Assembly: GCF_964355755.1 (NCBI RefSeq)
Contig: NC_092674.1
Location: 25,172,001 to 25,236,000 of the forward strand
Reading direction: 5' to 3'
Length of the DNA stretch: 64,000 bases
DNA from: Antedon mediterranea
Taxonomy: Eukaryota > Animalia > Echinodermata
Notes under the pieces: generated by a model
Databases searched by the model: none
What the model was told of the DNA's origin: nothing
Seen by the model: the letters and a program-made list of their open reading frames with translations, nothing else
In this document: one piece after another, positions 29,401 to 41,400 of the stretch
Numbering within the stretch: position 1 is the first letter of the stretch
Layout: the number at the start of each line of letters is the position of its first letter
Program-made: the position numbers and the translations under genes

Positions 29401-32400
29401 ATTACCATTTCCGTCTTTTAATTAAATTCATATAGATATATCGGAAAACAAAACTAGAATGTACAATATTCAATATTGTGACAAAAAGCACGAAAAGAAA
29501 AAAAAAGTTACAAAATACCAGAAAACATAATACAAAATAAACATATATTGTAAAAAAAACATTGAAGCAGAAAGAAACAACGTTGAATGTCATTAATTTC
29601 TTTAATTAATAGCAAAACTTAAAATAAAAAGTTGCAAATAGCATAAGGTAATGTAATGTAAAGAAATATAAAACCTTTGTTTCAACCGTTTGGATACATT
29701 TCTGTCTCATGCTTCGTACAAAATTGAACACATCTACTTTCGATTCTTTTTCTGACATATCCAACATGGCTGCTATAGCTATCATGGTTCCACTTCTACC
29801 GCCCCCCGAACTATTTGACATAAATTAATACGTACGTTATTGTATCTGTCATTCAGTTATAGATTTCCTTAAGTGTATAGAATTAATACCTTTATGCCAT
29901 GGTAAATAGAACGTCTGGTGTTCTTTACATGCCAAGAGGTTTAGCCTTCCCCAACTGACATTTGGCACCTTTTTACAAAATATTTGAAGATCTAAAAAAA
30001 CTTGTAAATGCGATTTTATCCACACACCTGTGTACGATGACTGGTCCACTTTCTGTATCAAAATTCAGTTGAGTTTTCCTAAACTGTTTGATGAAATCAA
30101 GCAGGTGCGGGACTGTGCTGGAAACACTTTTGTCTGACCATTCAGTAAAATGATACTGATACACATTATGGATTACATCATCTTCTCCAACCTTTGAGAG
30201 AAGCAACGTTTTAATAGGTGCTTCCCGGAACGCGAAAATCGCTCCCGGTGACGTCACACTTTGGCTCAATAATTCCATAAATAATTGATTGCTACGTGAA
30301 AGAATCCTCTCGTTAAGAAACCTAAGACAACTATATGTCTCGTTCTGCTTTCATTGGAAAGTTAAATCATATTTACTTAGTATTTTAATGAGTTCATATT
30401 GTCTAAAAACTTTCTAATCTGTATTTTATGCTAAAGATAGGTGTATTAGTTGTTTTAGTATTCGGATGTGTCAAGCTAATATATTCGTACTAACCTCTAT
30501 GTAAAATTATTCTTACCTGTTGAATTTTGAAGTTTCGGAGGACATAGTATTTGTGATCAGTTTCTTTAACGTTCGTTAAAAGAAGATTTCCCAACTCTTT
30601 AGAATGGCCTAAGTATGGCCAATACTTTTTGCACTGTTGCTATAATACAAACAGATAATTTAAAAAGTGTTATAATGCACTTAATCAAATTAAAAAGCTA
30701 AAATGAATAACTACAACACTGGGGTCAACTAGGTACTAGGTGCATCTCCAACTAGCAATCGAGTTCAATAAGATCAGTTGTATTGATCATCTGTAATGTT
30801 AGATAGTCCTGTATTGGCAATCGTGTTGTTCTTTAGCAAAATTCACACTGATGTTGATAGGAAAGGTTTAGGTATATTTGTTGGAATATTGTTGTTATAG
30901 TGTAATTGTGTTTAGGAATAGTGTTGGGGTTCTGGTAACAAAATATAACCTGCCTGTTTTCCTTCAATAAGATTTGTAATCATGATGACAATTCTAGACT
31001 TCTCATTCCAGATCAGTCTCATCATATCGTTGAACGAATCAAATGTAGGCCCTACATACCGTGATATAAAATGAATAAGTCCATGTTATCATTCTGAACT
31101 GAACAGAAAACAATTTTATTATTTTCTATTAGGTCTACTTGAACACCAATTCACTTCCATACAACATTTTGAAGAAAAAAAATGGATCATAAAATCATCA
31201 GCTCGCATAACTAATACAAATAATGTATGTTATTGACATTAATTATAAATTAATTCAGACCCGTAGAGTCTTAAGTATTTGTTATTGCGTTTTAAAAAAT
31301 ATTATAGTCGGATATATTTTTTTAATGACGTGGTATGTATGTGTCGCTTGTTGAAATATGACAAGATAAACATAGTGTTTACCTTCGCATGCAATAAATT
31401 CGCGTGGTGTACGCCATCCCTACAAGAAAAACAAAACATTTTTATTGTATACAAAATGCTTCTTTAAAACATTGTGTGAAGTATTAATTTGAATGATAAA
31501 TTACACCGAATTTTACATTCTGCACATTCTACACATGGAACCAATCGAGCGTGGTCCCATATCATAGAAATACATCCGATACATTATATTTTGTGCATGA
31601 TAGCTGCCAGTCTTACATTACCACTAAATTAAATAATTACAATGCAATAAATAGAACATTGGGTTAACATCAGCACTTCATTTTACAAATTTTGAACCCT
31701 GTCACCACAATATGCCACTGTAAGAAATAAAGTTAAGTAATCGATTTATTGAGCAATAAATTATATCTTCTCAACTACGCCTTTATAAAGCAACTTACAT
31801 CTACATACGAGGCATTTATTTTTTCCGATCCAGGAACAATATCAACCTTGTTGTCATCAAACTCCTGTTGGGATTCCTAAAATAATATGAATGAAAATAT
31901 TACTGAGGATACGATGAATCATGAAATTATACTTCTCTAGTTGTGTACTGTTCTCTGTACTGTACAGATTCGATTCAAAACAAAAATTATTATATCTCGT
32001 CACATAAAGATCAATTCAATCAAAATGAAAGAGGCACTTTAAGCAAGAGATTTGGCTTGGATCCAAAAATTAATTTTTTTATATCGTTCGTTAGTGACTA
32101 GTAACAATAACCAAAATATACTGTAGAAAGTTATAACAATTTAGCGTACCTTAAATTCTTTCTCAAAACCATTTTCAATGCTTAATTGGCGCTTCATCAC
32201 ATAGTCATGTAACTTTGATAGCTCAATTGATTTGTAATACAGAGATCCAGATTCCCGTTGCGATACAAGCTCAGTATCTGTATAGATGGGATTGTCAACA
32301 GGACCATTTTGAAAATGAATAACTGCATATTCATTCCGTTCATATTTTGTAGACAAGTTTTGATAATCTGTATCTATGTTTAATGTGCTTAAATCCGATT

Positions 32401-35400
32401 GATTAGTTGAAGAAAGTGTTTCTTTTGTCGAGATAGTTCGTCTAATATAGAAAAAAAGTATACTGACTTTTATTAATTACGTTTTAAAATATGTAGGCCT
32501 AATTTCAATTGTAGTGAATACAGAGAGATAGCCTACCGTTTAAGAATCATCAAGATAATAACAACAACGATAAATGAAACAAGCAGTGAAATCCATGCTA
32601 AACCTGAAAAATATAACATTGCAAAAACCTTGATTAAAACACGTACATTGTAACTTTACGGTGTGTACAGCGCAATAGGAACGATTCCTTTACAAAGGAC
32701 AATCTTGTAATGATATAAGAAGATGAAATTCTTTTTTAAACAATACTACTTTTCACTCTTTGTATCATTTTCTAATATCAGAGTCATGCGCTACATAGAA
32801 TTTGGGAAAATGTGATTTTAGCTTTAGTCCTACCGAATCGAAATTTCTTTTCGTCTGACAGGTTACAATTTGTTCCAAATATAAATGTCTTTGTGTCAGG
32901 TGTCCCATGACCGTTTAAGTATGACGCAAGTACTGTGAATGTATATTCTATACATGACTCTATTCCTTCGTCAAATAAAACTTCAGTTTTTGTAGTGTTT
33001 CCTTGCTGAAATAATCCATCACCTGACAGTTCATAATGGTAGGTCACATGATAGTCAAGGATGTCACATGTAGAAGTATTCCATTTTATAAGCAATGATC
33101 CATTTCCAAATGTAGTGCTTTTTATTGATGGCACTAAAGATGAATTAAATTAAATAAGTATTGAAAATTAAATAGCAAACTTTTTTTCTAGTTAAATTTA
33201 AACCAGTGTGGTCATGCAAGTTTTTGCTTTTAGTTTTGTATTTGTTTTCTTTCCTGAAGACAGGCAGTCGGATTAGGCCTAATATTCCTAAAGATTAAAA
33301 AATTGTGAGCTTAAATTGAACAAAATTAAAATCCCCCGCTGGTGGCACTGTTACAAAAAAATAATCAGCTTTTTAAGCTTTACAGATAGGCTTACACTAA
33401 CCTATCCCCAGCGTTATAATAACAATTAGAATCATATTAGCTTACTGAATGCGCTGTGTGTATCGTTCAGTTCCCAATTATTAGAAATCTCCTAAATTTG
33501 AATAACTAACATTACCCGATGGCGCTGTTTGCACCGTTATATTTTCTCCCCAATTACCAGCAATCTCCATGTTATTAATAACTCGAGCGTATGCGACATA
33601 ATCTGTACAGCTTGACAATCCGGATAGTTCAACTTCTAATTGAGTGCTACTTGATATGTTGACTACATCTTGTATATTTCCATCTATGTCCGAGTATTGC
33701 ACTTGATATCGAAGAATATAGTTACATTGGATTCGATCGTATTCACTAGAAACTGGCTGAAGATAATATAAAGGCTTATTTAATTAGGCGTAGTTTGTTA
33801 TTTAATATTAATATTTTTTTAAATAAAATGAGATGGGATAGCAATTTACAGATAAATGCATAAACAGACTATAGGCTTACCTTTAAACTTAAGACGACGT
33901 GGTATTCTTCATTAGCTTTCAATTCTATCCCAGGTTCTTCTAAAGGTTCTATATATGTCAAACAGTTGATAAATAAGCACACAATCAAATCTTCCCTAGA
34001 AATTAATTAGTTTTAAGGAGGACAAAGGAACGTTTATTTTGAGCTAACATTTCTAGCTGATTCTCTACTGAATACCATTAAGTCTAAAAACAAAAATGTG
34101 GAAATCGAAATGTCTCCAAACCGCTTACTTGTGCCCTGAAAATGCTATTTCATTAATCACCAGCTTTCTATAATAGAATTAGGCATACGTATGGTCATTT
34201 AAGATCCTATTTTAATTATAATACACATACAATCCATTGTTGATACCTATAATGGTTATAACATTCATTATGTTTTAATTGCACTATAGGGACAACTGAC
34301 CTGAACAGATTGTGTTTGTTGTTCCAAGTGTACTTCTTGGTCCATCTACCTCGATACCATCAACCATCCTCGAAAATTGAGAGTAGAATTGATATTGCAT
34401 ATTTGGAGTGAGATTATCAATAACAATAAATAAATGGTTATCCGGTTTAATTATCGATATAAATGAATCCATCTGAGATGATTTAGGCCTATATGACAAC
34501 TTTCGATTTGTAATTGTTCCTGTTCCATAGTTTTCACCAAGAACCCAAGTGACGTCAAACGTTAGAGTGGTTGCTGCCTGGTTTACAATATTTGGCGGTT
34601 CAGAACGATACGGTAATACTAATTTTTGTAACAAATAACAAAATAGAGTTATGATTACTAGTTGGTACGAAATTGAAATTTTAAATTCGAATAACGGAAG
34701 GCGTCATTTTTAAAATTGAGCGCAAAATTGTCATTGAACCCATTTAATTACCACGTGATTGGCCTAAAATAGATGGTGCAGTTTATAAGTCTCTGTATGC
34801 GGGAATGTCACTGGTAATATTGAATGTATGTTCTGTTTAAACTGTACATTTATAAATAAGGTTATTGAAATGTGGAATCTTATCTTGATTAGGTTTTCAT
34901 CAGCATGATGGGGTTTGACCTTTCTATATCCAGTTGATATTAATTATCATTTTTTTTTTGTATTCGGTTAGTAGAAAACAGTATTAAAAATAAAGATTCC
35001 TCCAATTATAAATATTGCTTTGGACATGCAGGCAATGATAGGTTCTTAAGACTTTTTTTGCGTTTTCACTACCAATCCACAGTTTAAAAACATTTTCAGG
35101 TCTTCACTTTGTGTCAGGTCTTTTCCTGTTTAAAGCAATATTACTCGCTATACTCATTTGTTTATTTGTTAGTATGTTTCAAGAAGATAATTTTTGTGTG
35201 TGTTTTTTTCTTTTTGGGGTATTCACACACATGTAATCTTTCTTTTCATTTTGTATATGACATAACATGAAGAATTAAGTTATTAACATTAAAATAGTAA
35301 AATAAAAATTGAAATTACATATAGATAGATATATAGGATTTTTAGTAGTTAGTGGGACAGTGAACATTTTTTTAACCAAAGACATTATTTTTAAGTATAG

Positions 35401-38400
35401 AGCATGTTGTTTCCCTACTAAATAAATGAACGTGCAGGCCGACCTGTGCTGCATGTTGGTCCGTACCAAGCCTCATGGCATCCATTAGAACACCTTCCAT
35501 CTCGTGTACAATCTGCCGAATCTTTGCAATGACATGGAAAATTACACAAACCACCAAAAAATCCAGACGAACAGAGTATAGGTTCTATAAAAAAAATTGT
35601 TTGCACAAAAATACAATTTTGCATTGTTTTTATATGCTATATAAATTCATTTGATTGGACGGGCAATAGATTTGCCCCAAGTGTGTATTTTGTTGTCTTT
35701 TTTATGTCATTCCACATTTCCTTGTTTTAATTTACACGTATGAAACGCCATATGTGCAAAATTATTTATCTTTTTAATAATATTAAGACAAAACTCCATC
35801 TGGAGCCCAGACTAGTCGTGAAATAATACGTACTGTTAAACGATCGCGTACCACAAGTAATGGTACTTAAAAAAAAATCATGCACGAAAAAAAAGTATGT
35901 TTAAACAGTTTGTTTACGGGAACACATCGATTAAAGGTACAACTATTCATATTATAAACAAAACGTAAAATCCATTCATACCTAAACACATATTACCAGT
36001 GTAACCTGACGAGCATGTTGACCCGGAAGTACATCCTGTATGTGGACTACAATCGACAATGTCACAATGACATGTTTGACGACAATCCGCTCCGTAGAAT
36101 CCAGCCTCGCAATCTTAACAAAAACAGGTTATCATGTTATACATCGAATACCCGGCCTATTTTTTTTTTCATTTTTGAGTGAAAAATTATGCTCCATATA
36201 TCTAAAATTGTTTAATGTTATTGGTTCTAAGAATTAGCTCACCAGTTTCTTGTCTTGTCGTTAAGGTATGATTGTTAATCTATCTTAATTGCCTAACATC
36301 GTATATACATACAGTACACCAATAATCTATTATTTTACAACCTTTTTTCAATACATTATTTTATTCTATTCTCCTACTATCTATTAGTTCACGAAGCAAA
36401 AAAAAAACGTGTATTGACATTTCACTCATACTTTCACTTTTACAATAATATAGAGAAACAGTGATGAGTATTAATAATAATTAAAATATGGTGAACTAGC
36501 ATCTATATATAAATTATGGTTAATTCTGACATAGGCGAGCACAATGGAAACATAGGACAAATCTCTGCCTTGGATACCTACCTGATCAATCTCAGATGTA
36601 CCGCGAAATGTAAATTTGATAACATTAGTTTTCACTATTACGATATTGTTCCATATTTCTATCTTAGGAAGATATTATAAAGAGTTTAAACAAAAATTTA
36701 TGATTTAATCGGTACATTTCAACTCAATTTCAATTGTACGCGGTCAAAGTAATTTACGGGTTCACAATGAGTTTACGAGTTCACATTGCAACTACCTGGG
36801 TGAAGATACAGTAGTTAAAATATAAAAATTATACTGCAAATTAATAAAGTTCAAATTTAATATACGCTATAAAGCATGAGAATATATTGTGGGGAATAGC
36901 ATTATAAAATGACATAGGGAGATATGATGATAAGACATTTTTTTTTAAATCGAGTGAAATCTCGATAGCTGAGTTTTATTGAATAAGCTGGCAGGAATAA
37001 CTGTAGGCTATCTGTGTTCCATTAGGACCGGGATGTCTGCCCATGTTGCAAGCCGTCTAAAACGTCTTCCTTCTTGGCCCACTCTGTCGCGAAAGTTAGT
37101 TTCAAAAGATGTTTAAATTAAATAATGTATTAATTATTAGGATGGTATTTATTTGAATAAACGCCTCCCCAATAAAACATCACTTTGAACAATAATCGCC
37201 CCCTTCCCCAAACCCAACTATCTAACGCCCATCCACGTTATACACACAATATTGTATTATCCATATATACATTTACCTAATGGCAAACTTCGGTAAATCG
37301 TGCGTTACCACTAGAATATTTACTCGATGGTATATAAAGTGGTTCGTACTTTCGGTACTGATTTTAACCACCTGATGTAACCCTGTTTACTAATTAAATT
37401 GAGTTAGATAATTAGTTACGGACAATTAAAACGAGTTTAGGTTCAAATTTGTCCCAAATAGGGGTGTTTTCCGAACGTGGTATACACGGTCCAATGGATG
37501 TCTATCTTGAAAAATACCCATATACAATATAATACGAGGATGCTTCGCATTTTCCTATCTCCTCCTACGATAATTGTTTTGATAACTGAAACCCGGTTGA
37601 ACAGCTCGAGTACAGCATCATAATGTTGAAGACAGACCGATTTTCTTTAAAAAAATACTATTTGATAGATTTAATATAGGCCTATTGTACGTTTATACAA
37701 ATGTATTGATTTCAGATGAACATTCCAATCTCTCAGACTCCCAGTTTGTAGATAAATTTATGAGCCCTTCCTTTGATTTAACGCAATTAGGTAAATCTAT
37801 GGGCCCTTGGAGAATAAACTATATGCAGGTAAAAAACGAACTCAACTAACGCAAACAGCAGTAAAGCGGTACTTTCATCTAGTTCAGTGTCGTCATTAAT
37901 CATTGGTAAAAATATAGGTAAAAACCCCGATAATAATAATAACTGAGGAAGCATTGTGTCGACGGATCGTTAAGGAGAAGAAGGAGAAGAAGAAGGAGGA
38001 GAAGGAGGAGAAGGAGGAGAAGGAGGAGAAGGAGGAGAAGGAGGAGAAGAATGTGAAGAAGGAGAAGAAGAAGATGGTGGTAGCGTGGGTGCGTATACGC
38101 AAGGAAATATAGCCCACAATACAGTGCCCTAACCTGTTCAACTGTACTTCCTGTTTGTGTCGGCGGGGTCGCGAGCACGTGATGCTTAAGTTATCTCGCC
38201 CTAACATGAGCCGTTGAACGCAATTTAATTAATTGAATTGAATTACCGCTCTCGTAAAATTTAACTAGATCAGTACTTATCTCGGCCTAAGTTCGTTATG
38301 AACCCAACTATAGTATTGCATACTTTGACAATATTGTAAATACTGTACGCCATTTGAATAGACATTTTCTTACTGTGAATGTGGTTACGGTACTGTTAGA

Positions 38401-41400
38401 TAAACACATATACAAAGAACATTTGTGACTGTGGGTAGGCTCTACTGCTGGATATATAAACACATAATATACTAATAAAACCTTTATTACTGACAGTTTC
38501 CTCTCAAAGTTTGTATTAAATAATAATTATTAAAAATATAAACGTCGTAGTGGTGTATCATTACATGTACTTTACTATTTCAATCGACTATAACAGGGAC
38601 AGTTTAACAAAAGTTTTAAATGTTTTACTTTGGTTATTGGTATATAAAACATTTAAAACAATATTTCGTTACTAAATGGATAAAGAATATATTTAAAAAG
38701 TTTCTTCCCATCCTCTTCCCCATCCCTCAACTCTAATGTGATATACAAAACACAAATTGGGTTTGTTTAAATGAGTTCAAATAAAAAGTTTCTCCTTCGG
38801 CGGTAGGCCTAATTCCCAGGGTGCTTATTTTAGTTGACTACTTTAACCATTTTATTTTATTTATTTTTTATTTTATATATTTAGGCAAATTGCCAAGAAT
38901 AACCATAAGCAAATTCAATCACTATCCTTCTTAAAGGTGGCAATCCGTTCATGAGACAAACATATACACACAATGCTCTACATAAACAAAGTCTTTATTA
39001 CAAGTCTTTGGGAGTGGAGTTGTAAATTGTCATTAGACAAAATCCTGACATATGACAGGACTTGAACCCAGGACCCTTGGATTGGCAGCCAAGCAGCATA
39101 ACCACCAGGCCACAACTCCACTCCACCAAATAAAATAAAAATAAATAAAAAAATAAAATTATCATTCCGAGAACCATCGTCTACACTTCCTAGAAGGGGA
39201 GCGAGCGCAGAGAGCTCACCCTCTAGTTGACCTGATTATGGTAACAAAAACGTAAGTAACCTTTTTTACAATCGTTTCCTCCAAAACCATTGATGCACGT
39301 ACAGCCAACTGGGTCCGGTGGACACAAAAGAGCTCCAATGCAATTCTGACCAGTACCACATACAACGTTGCAGTCACGACCCCAGTTGTTATTTCCACAA
39401 CCTATCGTAAATAGAGCACATGACATTATATTATTCAAAAACATGTAAATTATTTACACCATACCATACCATTATAATAATTAAATGATTACCGTTTTTG
39501 CAAGTATCGCCTTTAAATCCTGCTGGACAAATACAGACACCCGTCTTATCGTCACAAACTCCACCATTATAACATACGGGACAGTCCATTTCACAGTCTG
39601 GAGGATTCCATTTTGATGAGGGACAAGCTAATACATTGAATAATAAGTAGGTATAAACATAAATCATGAGACAAAACAAAGTATTTATATATATACCATA
39701 AATCAGAATTAGAATAAGGACACAAATCGACTTAGAGTGTTTTATAACATTAGCTTAAATTTCTGAATGTGACCATGCCTTAAAGTTTCCATACTTTGAC
39801 AATCTTCCACACTATTCCTGCTTTTTATTTTTATTATTTATGTTGAATTTTACACAGTGTACAGAAAAAGAAAGTTGTCGTAATGAGAAATGTTCTATTT
39901 AGAAAGACACGGGGTATTTGACCAGTATTTTTTAAGTCTGAGTCTTCACAAATTGAAATTGTTTGCAGACCATCTGTTTTCATATTTTTTTTCCAATTCC
40001 CAATATTAAAATCGTTATTTGTAATAAATTTATAATGAATAAAGAACAGTTCGTAACCTACCTCTGACAATAAGTCTCATGATGCCACGGTTATCATCCA
40101 GGATATCACCTGTTCCTGTATAACATTCATATACGCCATCATCTTTCATTCGTATGTTATCGATCACAGCAGACGTACTACCCCTCAGATTGTGTATTTC
40201 ATCACCGTAATTATGTCTCCAACGTAAATCATTAAGATAACCACCTTTACTGAGATTGATAGTGACAGACTCTCCAATACCGACGGTTATAGTTCTATAC
40301 TCCATTGCAATAGTGGCTGTGAAATAGTAATACGTACAGTATTAGCAATGTTGTGTAATCAATCTCCTATGAATAAATAGGCCTACATTTGAATCGATAG
40401 CAAAATTTCAGTCAGGGGAAAAATGGAAAAGGTTTCCTACTTTCTAGGATTTTTGACAACTCTTGTAACATGACCACAGTGCTGATTTTTCCATTTCCCT
40501 CTAACTGATATAGGCCTCTAAGCAAAATTACATTACTCACCAGAAGAGGATCCTAAGACAATTGCCGTGTTGGCGACTTCTCTATCTTTCTTTGCTTCAA
40601 ATGAAAATACACCAACTCTCTGGTATTCTATGTTAGCAACGCCAAGAAACGTAAACTCGGTATGTATTCGGTATATAATTTGGCTTCTTGTGTAAAATAT
40701 ATTGCCGTCTGGCATATCTTTATATTTCAAATCACGAGTATTACTACCCGAATACCCGGTATCGTCCCAAGTCAGGTTACTCTTCCCATGAATAGTCTTG
40801 TATAGTATTCCGACCGATAAATCTCTGATATCACTATCGTTTTGAAGTGCGTATCCTCGAAACCAGGCGCTCCTTTGCGACCATGGGCTACCCGAATATA
40901 GTGTTACATCCAATGGATCTAAAGATTATGGAAAATATTTATATAAATAATAATAACGTACAGTTATTCTCAGCTTACAACATTAATCCTTCAGTCTGTC
41001 ATAACAGAATCTGAGTAATGTATGCTTTTGTTTGAAAGCTTTCTTCTGAATATTAACGTAGAGCCTATTAGTCTCTTCATTCTTTATTCAATAATAAAAA
41101 CATTAAAATGTACATGTCTTCCAAAACAAAAGCAGGAATAACATGGTACTTATTTAAACACAAAAACACACTAAACAATAAAATAATAGTTGAAAACAAA
41201 TTGTTAGCTGAGTAGGGAACAGTTCTCCCACTTTATGCCTAGAATTCCAATATATACCAACAGACACAAACGCGTCTCTATGGCTTACTATGTCGTTCGG
41301 TTGGTCGGTCGGTAGGTAAACACTAACTCAAATTTACGCACGCCACTGCAGCCAAATATATGGCCTTTTTTTTCTTATAAGTGAGGGATAGAATTTCATT

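Noticed and set aside
37896-38207. Poly-Leu and Ser/Phe membrane-protein-like ORFs
   Set aside because: They are translations of a purine microsatellite.
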